Shown here piece by piece: positions 49,181 through 57,283 of a stretch of 64,000 nt of DNA. A program made the position numbers and the translations under genes. Under the pieces are notes generated by a model. The model made no database searches. It saw nothing but the letters and a program-made list of their open reading frames with translations, and was not told the DNA's origin. Within the stretch, counting starts at the first letter, position 1; each line of letters starts with the position of its first letter. Origin of the DNA: a virus (Duplodnaviria > Caudoviricetes); the IMG/VR virus record IMGVR_UViG_3300020179_000026, positions 1,990 to 65,989 of that record, one strand, 5' to 3'.

Positions 49181-50845
49181 TTAAAGAACCTTCCAACCTT
49201 CTTTTTCTAAATATTCCATTTCCACGTCCCGTTCATCCCGGTCGGAATTTGAAAACATTACGGGCATGCTGGACATTTGATCTTCCCGCCCGCCAAACTG
49301 ATATGTTATATTTTCATTCCGTTTGAATGGGGTGATGCTGCTGGGTCGATTATTGGTGTCCCGGCCCGTCACTTCAAAATATTTTTCCACCAATTCATCA
49401 TTCAAAATAAGCAGGGCCATGGCCATGCTCATGACACAATCATCAAAATTATTCGCACCTTTTCGGGCGGCCCATGTTCCGTTGGGATAGCGGGTGAAAT
49501 TTTTCAGTTCATCCAATGTGGTCATGTCCCGGAAAACAATTGCCCGAAGTTCATTGATCCAATATCGCATGTTGATCACTGCCTGATATTTTGTGTTTGT
49601 ATTTGTGAATATTCCTGGTTTTTCAAAAGTTTTGCCATGGGAATAGCTGATGATTGGATCATAATTATAATTTTCAAAAAGGGCATCCACCACCTGTGCT
49701 CCGCAATTGTTCCGCTCAATTAACAGAGGAGGATTGCCCCATTGACCCAATATTTCCAATAATTTTGTTGTGAAATTATAAGGGGTGATGGTGTTGTCCC
49801 GGAAACATGCCACCTGACGAATTGCACTCAGGTCGGCCAGGTCAAATATCTGCACCACGCTGCTGGCTTGTCCTACCCCCTCGGCTACGTCTACACCTGC
49901 CACATATACCCCATTTTTTATGGGCTGTTCCCATATCTTATATTTGCCCTCATCAAAAATGAAAAGAGGACTGCTGCAACTGCTTTTATATTTTTCGTAA
50001 TCATCCCCGTTGAGGGCAGATTCGCCCTCCTGAAGAAATTCATTTCCAAATTCCTGGTCAAAAAGTTCCCGACTGCCCAGACTTTTAATGGTATCATTCT
50101 TCCACTTTTCGTCCCGACCTGGTACTTCATGCCAATCCACTCGTTCAGTTTTCCAGTTGTTTTTACCCTCTATTCCATCTGTATATAATTGGTAAAAAAG
50201 ATTGCCTGTTCCATTTGGGGTACTGGCCACAAAGATTTTGCTTTTTTTACTGGAAGATATGATGGGATATACAGCAGACCAAAACATGTCCACCATGTTA
50301 TTGTCAATATGTGCCAACTCGTCAATAACCAATACGTTGACAGAGCTGCCTCGGCCTGCATCGGATGATGTGGTGCTGATGCTGATTCGGCTTCCGTTGG
50401 CCAAACCCATGGCGGTTTTACCATATTCGGTCACTCCCGGTTTCAGATAATTGGGAAGATTTTCATAGGCAAGACGCACTCGGGCAAAAATTTCCTTGGC
50501 AGTTTCCTCTTTGTTTGCCACCAAAAGAATTCTTTGATCTTCATTAAAGCATGCCAGCCAAAGACAGTAAATTGTCATCACCGTTGTTTTTCCTGCCTGA
50601 CGACTGGACAGCAAACACACGAATCGATTGTCCCGCAAGCTGCGCAAAATTCTTTTTTGATAAGGATGCAGTTTGATTTTGATGCGACCCACATCCAGAT
50701 TCACGATATAAAAATGGCTTTCGGCAAAGTGCAAAATGTTTTGTTTGCACTTGCCAACTTCCTTGATCATCTCGGCGGAATATTCAAATTCCGCCTGGGA
50801 AGTGGGAAGATTTGGATTGCCCAAATATCTATCATTTGGTTTCAT
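49181..50845 (-). CDS. gp17: terminase large subunit
   Basis: YLGNPNL, SRQAGKTT, VIDELAH, STPNG, FDQEF, GVDVAEG, DDCVM. Confidence 0.97.
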   Translation of the reverse strand: MKPNDRYLGNPNLPTSQAEFEYSAEMIKEVGKCKQNILHFAESHFYIVNLDVGRIKIKLHPYQKRILRSLRDNRFVCLLSSRQAGKTTVMTIYCLWLACFNEDQRILLVANKEETAKEIFARVRLAYENLPNYLKPGVTEYGKTAMGLANGSRISISTTSSDAGRGSSVNVLVIDELAHIDNNMVDMFWSAVYPIISSSKKSKIFVASTPNGTGNLFYQLYTDGIEGKNNWKTERVDWHEVPGRDEKWKNDTIKSLGSRELFDQEFGNEFLQEGESALNGDDYEKYKSSCSSPLFIFDEGKYKIWEQPIKNGVYVAGVDVAEGVGQASSVVQIFDLADLSAIRQVACFRDNTITPYNFTTKLLEILGQWGNPPLLIERNNCGAQVVDALFENYNYDPIISYSHGKTFEKPGIFTNTNTKYQAVINMRYWINELRAIVFRDMTTLDELKNFTRYPNGTWAARKGANNFDDCVMSMAMALLILNDELVEKYFEVTGRDTNNRPSSITPFKRNENITYQFGGREDQMSSMPVMFSNSDRDERDVEMEYLEKEGWKVL

Positions 50846-50868
50846 TCTGTATAAATACTTAACAGCGT

Positions 50869-51474
50869 ATGAGCCAAAACAATAAATATATAAAGAAATA
50901 CGGTATGCCTAAAAGTCGCGTAAAAACACTGGAAGAGATTGGAGCAGTCTATCACAAGATGCTTCTGGAAACCCCTGTGGTTCAACAGGAAACAGTTATT
51001 GAAGAGAAGAAACAAAAGAAATTGGCAGATCCCAAAGCCAAATTTGGCACCAAACCTGGCAAAGGCGGAGTTCAAGCTTTTGAACAAGTGAAAGATAAAA
51101 AGCCTGTTTTGGAACCAAAATTGAAGAATTTTGCACATAAAGACAGTGGTCCGGATCTGAAACAGCTTCGGGAACCAATCGACCCTAAAGTGAAGAAATT
51201 TACCAAAGATAACTACTTCCAACCAGAGCAACTTAGCAGTGCAAATGAAAGTGTTGTTAACACAAAGAATGTGGAACTTATTGCAGACGAATTAAAGAAG
51301 GAAAACAAGAATGAAGCATATGAACGTCTTTGTGAATACAAGACACTCTGGGGCAAAGATAATTTTGTAAACCTTCTCACAGTGGCAGCCGTCAATGGCC
51401 ATACCGAAGCCCTTGAAGAATTTTTCAGTTTTGTAAATAAAAATACAAAAAATAGAAAGGATAACAATAAATAA
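50869..51474 (+). CDS. hypothetical late protein
   Basis: TATAAATA at 50850-50857; K/E-rich; HKMLLE candidate gp21 site. Confidence 0.7.
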   Translation: MSQNNKYIKKYGMPKSRVKTLEEIGAVYHKMLLETPVVQQETVIEEKKQKKLADPKAKFGTKPGKGGVQAFEQVKDKKPVLEPKLKNFAHKDSGPDLKQLREPIDPKVKKFTKDNYFQPEQLSSANESVVNTKNVELIADELKKENKNEAYERLCEYKTLWGKDNFVNLLTVAAVNGHTEALEEFFSFVNKNTKNRKDNNK

Positions 51475-51479
51475 ATTAT

Positions 51480-52112
51480 ATGAGTAACTTCGACAAACTA
51501 TACGAAGCCGTGATGTCCGAGGACGACGTTGAACTTGGTATCACCGGTGATCAATCTGGCGCAGCTGAAGTCGCCCCAGCCGCCACCGGTGAAGAACAAG
51601 AGCTGACTCCCAAGGAGCATCTCTCCAAGGCAATCGAGCTTCTGCAAAAGCTACAAAGCCTCGATCTTATCCCCGACGAAGCCGGTGGTGAGGAAGATGC
51701 TGAAGCAGCTTCCGACGAAGATTACGAAGCAGCAGCTTCTGACGAAGACGCCGAAGAAGAAGGCGAAGACGAAAGCGAAGATGAGGATTCCGAAGAAATC
51801 GCCACTGAAGAAGTGGAAGCCGAAGATATCGGACATGCCCTCGTCAATGCTAAAAAGGGTCAGGAACTCACAAAAGTTTCCTCTGGCAGCAACAAAGTTG
51901 CCAGCACAGTTTCCTCTCTTGCCAAGGGTGGCAAGGGTGGTGACGCCAAAGTAACTGACAAGGTTGGCACCGACGGCGAAAAGGGCCACGCACTTGTCGG
52001 CAGTGGTGTCAAAGGTGGCGCTCCCACGAGCACAAAGGGCAAAGCCAACGTCGTGTCCAGCGTGATCAAGGGTGGTGGAAAAGGCGATCAAGACCTGTTC
52101 CAAGCCAACTGA
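51480..52112 (+). CDS. acidic and Gly/Lys-rich protein, probable prohead core/internal protein
   Basis: MSNFDKLYEAVMSE N-terminus, long D/E tract, duplicated GHALV module; C-ending codons as in gp22/gp23. Confidence 0.7.
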   Translation: MSNFDKLYEAVMSEDDVELGITGDQSGAAEVAPAATGEEQELTPKEHLSKAIELLQKLQSLDLIPDEAGGEEDAEAASDEDYEAAASDEDAEEEGEDESEDEDSEEIATEEVEAEDIGHALVNAKKGQELTKVSSGSNKVASTVSSLAKGGKGGDAKVTDKVGTDGEKGHALVGSGVKGGAPTSTKGKANVVSSVIKGGGKGDQDLFQAN

Positions 52113-52129
52113 TTAAAAAAAATATAAAG

Positions 52130-52163
52130 AAAACCCCCGTTGATAAGACGGGGGTTTTTTTTT
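52130..52163 (+). terminator. rho-independent terminator
   Basis: AAAACCCCCGT-TGATAAG-ACGGGGGTTTT plus T-run. Confidence 0.88.
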
Positions 52164-52177
52164 GACTAAATACATAT

Positions 52178-53221
52178 ATGCCGTTTGAATATCACAAAAC
52201 CCTTAACGAGAAATTTTGGAAAAACGATGAATTTGACAAAAATACTCGAAACAAACTTGTGGATATTGCCTTGGCTTTTTATGGCAATTTAAACACAAAA
52301 GCCCCATTGGAAGATATTCAAATAACCGGAAGCATAACCAATTACAACTATACCAAAAAAAGCGATTTGGATCTGCATTTGCGACTGGATTTCAACAAAG
52401 CAAATCCGGACAAGGATCTGGTTTTCATGGCTTTTGACGGGGAAGCTTACAAATGGCGGCTCAAACATGACATAACAATCAAGGATCATCCAATTGAAAT
52501 ATTCGTGGAAGATATCAGCATACAACCCCATAAAACCAAAAGCATTTATAGCATTTTAAAAAACACATGGATCAAAAAGCCCGTGTTTGATCCCCCCCAA
52601 GTTGATGAACAAAATGTGGATAAAAAATATAATTTTTTCCGAAACGAAATAGATTTTTTAATAAAAGAAAAAGATAAAACCTCAGACAAACCCAAGCTAA
52701 AATCAATTCTTCGTCGTGCAAAAAATATTAAGACAAAACTGGCTGAAGCCCGAAGAGAATGCATGAAAGATGAAGCTGGCTTTGATTTTTGTGTGGAAAA
52801 TCTGGTTTTCAAAAAATTACGGGATGCCGGGTATTTAGAAAAGTTAAATGATCTGAAAATTGAAGCTTTTGACAAAATATACAATGAACAAACTTGGAAC
52901 AGCGGTCTTCAAACTATATTCATGAGTGACTTGATGGGGAAAGAAAAGAAAAAAAAAGATCCACGTCATATGAAATCTTTTGTTCGAGATCCGGGAACAC
53001 GTAAACATGTACAAACTGTTCCAGACATGCATAAAAATAATGACCCCTTTCCCGAAGTGGGTATATTGAAAAAAAACAAGGGACGAAAAGTAATAAGTGA
53101 ACCTCTTGCTATAAAGATCGCAAGTTTTTATAATATAAATTTAAGTGAAAATCCGGCACATTTAGGAAAATCCCAGGTAACTATTAGAAAGCAAAACAAC
53201 ATTTATGTACTGGAGAGCTAA
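52178..53221 (+). CDS. Pol-beta superfamily nucleotidyltransferase
   Basis: DIQITGSITNYNY...SDLDLHL (GS...DxD), IEIFVED, ENLVFKKLR..GYL. Confidence 0.85.
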   Translation: MPFEYHKTLNEKFWKNDEFDKNTRNKLVDIALAFYGNLNTKAPLEDIQITGSITNYNYTKKSDLDLHLRLDFNKANPDKDLVFMAFDGEAYKWRLKHDITIKDHPIEIFVEDISIQPHKTKSIYSILKNTWIKKPVFDPPQVDEQNVDKKYNFFRNEIDFLIKEKDKTSDKPKLKSILRRAKNIKTKLAEARRECMKDEAGFDFCVENLVFKKLRDAGYLEKLNDLKIEAFDKIYNEQTWNSGLQTIFMSDLMGKEKKKKDPRHMKSFVRDPGTRKHVQTVPDMHKNNDPFPEVGILKKNKGRKVISEPLAIKIASFYNINLSENPAHLGKSQVTIRKQNNIYVLES

Positions 53222-53988
53222 TGAGTATTGATCGTTATGTGGGTCCCGGGTGTGTTTCAGTATATCCTTATACATATACTCCCAGTGTTCTTCGTTTTAC
53301 AGATAAAGGAAACAATGAATGTGAACGAGAAGTAATAGGTGATCAGATGCGGGAAATCATAGATCTTTACGGTCAACAAGTAGCTTACTGGCAAAACCCT
53401 TATAACACACTTAGCGCCGACAATATTTACGGCGAAGATCCTACAAGAAATTGGCCACAGCCCCAGTACATTATCATGGGTATTAAATTGGATGAAGACA
53501 ATCTTACCTTAAATAAATTTGGTTTTGATGCACAGGATTACATGACTGCCATGGTGCATATCAGTAGCTTTTACGCAACATTTGGCTCCGGCCAAGAACC
53601 AAAAAGCGGAGATGTTCTTAAATTAACAGAATATGGAAATGATCGTCCGGGTGACCGCGATGGTAAATTGTTTGAAATAACGCAGAGATTAGACAGTGAA
53701 AACAGCAGTATTAATCCGTTGGCTGGTCATTATGTGTGGCTTCTTAAACTAAAACGTTTTGATCATAGTGAAGAAGTTAATTTGCCCAATGAAAAAGGTA
53801 ACACACAAGTGCTAGATAATACCGGATATGGAACCCTTTCTGCCACTGTCAGCGGAGAACAGCCCAGAGTAACACGCCCGTCCACACTGGACGGAAGCGT
53901 ACAGGAAGTCACTAAGAAGTTTGTGTTTGATTACTCAGGAACAACAAATGATAACGTGTATGGTACTTATGATGTACACAATGACTGA
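53221..53988 (+). CDS. gp14: neck protein (head closure)
   Basis: EIIDLYGQ.V.Y, IYGEDP, LNKFGF, PKSGD, KLFEIT, YVW.LK..RF..SEE. Confidence 0.8.
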   Translation: MSIDRYVGPGCVSVYPYTYTPSVLRFTDKGNNECEREVIGDQMREIIDLYGQQVAYWQNPYNTLSADNIYGEDPTRNWPQPQYIIMGIKLDEDNLTLNKFGFDAQDYMTAMVHISSFYATFGSGQEPKSGDVLKLTEYGNDRPGDRDGKLFEITQRLDSENSSINPLAGHYVWLLKLKRFDHSEEVNLPNEKGNTQVLDNTGYGTLSATVSGEQPRVTRPSTLDGSVQEVTKKFVFDYSGTTNDNVYGTYDVHND

Positions 53989-54608
53989 TCACGCTCGCTG
54001 ATTTCTTGTTCTTGTTCATCTTCTTCCAACCGCTCTAAATTGCACTTTTTCTTCAGAATATGCATATTGGCAGATTTGGTATCAACTCCAAATTCATGAT
54101 GATTCACCTCATCCATCATGGTTTCAAACCGGCTATCCATGTATTTCTGCATGGCAATCGGCTGGACCCAAAAATCATCCGACATGTTCACATTCATTTC
54201 CTCACATTTCTTTTCAATCAAATCAATTGATTCGATCAAACAAAGCCAACGGGCAAACTCGGCTTTCTTCATTTCCACACGGGCTGGACGATTATTAAGA
54301 GTCATTTCTAATAAAATTTGATTATGCGTCTTTTTTGGATCATATGAGCTGTTAATCAATATTGTTTCTTGTAAAATTTTATATTCTTTTTTATTCACAT
54401 TCAGATAAGCCATGCGACCAAGAAAAACCATGGGAAGAGCAAACATCTGGCCCGAAGTGGAATTATTGGCCTGCTTCCCAATCACATTCTGAATGTCATA
54501 CCATTCATCGCTGGTCATTTGCACTCGGGCAGAACGGCCCTGCAAATGTAAATCCAAAATGATGCTTTGAGAGTTATTAATTTCGGGGTTGAGACTGATC
54601 GTGGACAT
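53967..54608 (-). CDS. hypothetical protein with internal duplication
   Basis: LDLHLQGRSARVQM and LEMTLNNRPARVEM; start uncertain. Confidence 0.65.
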   Translation of the reverse strand: MSTISLNPEINNSQSIILDLHLQGRSARVQMTSDEWYDIQNVIGKQANNSTSGQMFALPMVFLGRMAYLNVNKKEYKILQETILINSSYDPKKTHNQILLEMTLNNRPARVEMKKAEFARWLCLIESIDLIEKKCEEMNVNMSDDFWVQPIAMQKYMDSRFETMMDEVNHHEFGVDTKSANMHILKKKCNLERLEEDEQEQEISERDQSLCTS

Positions 54609-55011
54609 ATTGTTGAACATATGCAGCTAAAATACAGAAAAGCAGTGGAACGTCAAGCTTTATCTTAAGTTCACTCATGATACAAAATGCAGCCGACACA
54701 GATTCGTAGATTTTATGCACCACAAAACTTTTTCGGTCCAAACCTTCTGGTTTTTGCACGCTCAATTTTTTATATTCTTGAAAAATTTCATCAAAAAAAT
54801 CCATGATAATGCGTTCCGAATCATTCAAATTCTTCTTTTTGGTCCGAAATATTTTATATAAATTATAATAATCTGGTCCTTTTTTTATGAAAAAATTACA
54901 CAGTTCTTCATCAAAATCCTGCATCCAGTTTTCATTTTTTACAGATGAAAGCGGAACAACACTGCTGCTGGTCACACTTTTGGCTATTTGAAAAAGAAGG
55001 TTGTTATTCAT
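54577..55011 (-). CDS. hypothetical protein
   Basis: Overlapping ORF in a minus-strand run. Confidence 0.6.
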   Translation of the reverse strand: MNNNLLFQIAKSVTSSSVVPLSSVKNENWMQDFDEELCNFFIKKGPDYYNLYKIFRTKKKNLNDSERIIMDFFDEIFQEYKKLSVQKPEGLDRKSFVVHKIYESVSAAFCIMSELKIKLDVPLLFCILAAYVQQYVHDQSQPRN

Positions 55012-55423
55012 CTTTAAGATTCAGGGGCAGGGCATCCAAGGATTGAGTGACCACTGGTTCGGTGTTGAGTGCTGTGTCCAATTTAACATAAACTGAAACC
55101 TTCTTTTCGCATTTTGGACAATCGTAAACAGTGCCTTCTTGCAGATCGATTGGAACAAAGCATTTGTGTTTATCCATGCAAGGACAGGTGAGTTCAAATC
55201 CCCGTTTGTTGTATTCCTTTTCCAGTTCCAGATCCACCTGCTTTAAACGAAGTCCATATCGAACAATTGCAAATTTTCTAAATCCAAAATCAATTGCATA
55301 TTGCAAACCCACGGAAAAAACCGTGGCAAAGAAATAGGGCCAAAACCCGGAAACATCCAATGAATACAGGATGCCACAGGCGGCAAATGGAAGACTTAAA
55401 AATAAGGTTATTCTAAACAGCAT
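55004..55423 (-). CDS. two-TM membrane protein with C-terminal zinc ribbon
   Basis: Two hydrophobic segments; CPC...C and CPKC. Confidence 0.7.
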   Translation of the reverse strand: MLFRITLFLSLPFAACGILYSLDVSGFWPYFFATVFSVGLQYAIDFGFRKFAIVRYGLRLKQVDLELEKEYNKRGFELTCPCMDKHKCFVPIDLQEGTVYDCPKCEKKVSVYVKLDTALNTEPVVTQSLDALPLNLKDE

Positions 55424-55424
55424 T

Positions 55425-55784
55425 TTATCCCTCTAAAATTTTATTTAGAGGGTCTACTGTTTCTTCAAGTATCTTTTGAGCTTTTTGTATCTTTTCTATG
55501 ACCTGTTCCAACTGTTGCAACTTTTCTTTCTTGTTGCCAATCAATGGGTTATTTTTGCTCATTTCGCAGATCATTTTGCTGTTGCTTAGTTTTGTAAAAT
55601 TATCGGCTAAACTTTCAAAAATCCGGTCCAAAGGGTAAGGTAGGGTTTTGGGAGCCAAAGTTGCACCTTCCGGGCTGAATTTTTTTACCAAATCGTCTAC
55701 TGTAAGTGTTTGCCCTTTAAGCTCTCGGGTGGCTATTCCAGATACCCAGCGGTTATAAATCATCTGTGTATCTTCATTAAACAT
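55425..55784 (-). CDS. hypothetical protein (start revised to MFNEDTQ)
   Basis: TAAATA 8 nt upstream of ATG 55784; the longer version is antisense to 55819-56259. Confidence 0.65.
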   Translation of the reverse strand: MFNEDTQMIYNRWVSGIATRELKGQTLTVDDLVKKFSPEGATLAPKTLPYPLDRIFESLADNFTKLSNSKMICEMSKNNPLIGNKKEKLQQLEQVIEKIQKAQKILEETVDPLNKILEG

Positions 55785-55818
55785 ATATAAATTATTTATC
55801 GTTATAATAAATAATAAT

Positions 55819-56259
55819 ATGGCAGTATTTTCCAAATATTTTGCAAATATTATAAGCGAACAAGACGAAAAAGATGTGGTTTCTGATTTGGCCGCACCTG
55901 AAGCTGGACCGACTGAAACTGATCGGGCCAGCATGGAAGCGGAACTGGACAAAGACACACAACCCAGTGAGTTTGATGTGCAAGCTGTCACTCGGGAACA
56001 AATGGCTGCCCGCAAAACAAACGCTGCCCAAGCCATCGAACTGCAAAGCTGGGTGAAAAATATCGACAAGTTTCTGGAATATCTGAACAGCCCCGACACC
56101 AATTCAGTTCAAACACAGCTTCATGTGGCTCCTTGCGACACTCTTTTTGAAAAGGTTGCCAAGAGCGAAACCAAAAAGATTGCCCGGGTTTGCGTGGAAC
56201 TTAGCGGTTTGAGCGAACGTCTCAAGGCATATCTGATCAGCAGCAAGAGCGAGAAATAA
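55819..56259 (+). CDS. hypothetical protein, possible internal head protein
   Basis: TAAATA 5 nt upstream; MAVFSKYFANIISE N-terminus. Confidence 0.7.
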   Translation: MAVFSKYFANIISEQDEKDVVSDLAAPEAGPTETDRASMEAELDKDTQPSEFDVQAVTREQMAARKTNAAQAIELQSWVKNIDKFLEYLNSPDTNSVQTQLHVAPCDTLFEKVAKSETKKIARVCVELSGLSERLKAYLISSKSEK

Positions 56260-57225
56260 TCAGATCTGCATTTGCAGTCGGGCTTTGGGTCCTTCAAAAC
56301 TGTTTTTCAAAACAAAGTCAGTTTCCACCCCGTTCGTTTTTCGGTCCACGCACATTTCATTAAAATCTTTGTAAGGTATTGTTTTTGGCCAAACAAATAC
56401 TTTTTGTTTACTTTCTATGAGTTGTTTTATTTTTTTATGGGCAGTTTCGTCTTGATTTTGATTATCCAGCACCCATATTTTTGTGTGTAGAGGAAAGTTT
56501 TTGAGTTGATCTTCTTGCTTTTCGGTAAGACTGTTTCGACTTTTATTGATTCCGCTCACAGCCACGCCATTTTTACAAAAACAAGCATCAATTGGACCTT
56601 CAAATATAAAAATATATGGGAATTCTGATATGCGATCTGCATTAAAAAGACTTCTGTCTCCTCCGCTTTTGCTCAGATAATTGGGCAATTCTGATTTATC
56701 AGATGGTAATTTTCGGCTTTGATAATACACAATTTTTCCATCCAAATCATAAAATGGAATGATTAATCTGTTTTTATGAATGTAATCAACCGAGCTGAAC
56801 CAAAATGTTTTAGGTTTATTTATGGCAGAATGCAGACGGCGTTTACAAACATATGCCACGCATTCCTTGAAATGATGGTTTTTCATGTTTTTAAACACTT
56901 GTGTGGTATCAAAAATATTAACAGAATCTTTAGGAAGTATTTCAGGTTCTACAGATTTTTTTTCCACCATCATCCAGGTATTATAAAAATCTTTGTTGCC
57001 CATAGGCTTGCCGGTAAGATCGTAATATAATTTATATAATTTGGCACTGTATCCACAATTGAAACAATAACAGCTGTTGGTTTTTGTGTAAAAATAAAAT
57101 CTTTTCCGTTTAAGCCAAGAATCACCTTCCCGACAAATTGGGCAACAACCATTATATGTCTGGTTATATTTGTTATAATATATTTTTGCCAGATGATTGC
57201 TCAGAAACGAATGAACATCAATCAT
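56260..57225 (-). CDS. gp61: DNA primase
   Basis: CPICREGDS...CFNCG zinc finger, RLIIPFY, FIFEGPIDA, LDN, KDFNEM (TOPRIM). Confidence 0.95.
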   Translation of the reverse strand: MIDVHSFLSNHLAKIYYNKYNQTYNGCCPICREGDSWLKRKRFYFYTKTNSCYCFNCGYSAKLYKLYYDLTGKPMGNKDFYNTWMMVEKKSVEPEILPKDSVNIFDTTQVFKNMKNHHFKECVAYVCKRRLHSAINKPKTFWFSSVDYIHKNRLIIPFYDLDGKIVYYQSRKLPSDKSELPNYLSKSGGDRSLFNADRISEFPYIFIFEGPIDACFCKNGVAVSGINKSRNSLTEKQEDQLKNFPLHTKIWVLDNQNQDETAHKKIKQLIESKQKVFVWPKTIPYKDFNEMCVDRKTNGVETDFVLKNSFEGPKARLQMQI

Positions 57226-57283
57226 TCTACCTATTTTAACATGAAAGTTGAAATATCAAATGTTGTGTTTAAATAAACCCTAT

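Noticed and set aside
49181-50845. Intein or group I intron in terminase or other core genes
   Set aside because: gp17, gp23, gp44 and gp61 have normal lengths and continuous motifs; no homing endonuclease recognised
55785-56102. N-terminal extension of the 225-aa minus ORF
   Set aside because: Antisense to 55819-56259; divergent TAAATA boxes support starts at 55784 and 55819
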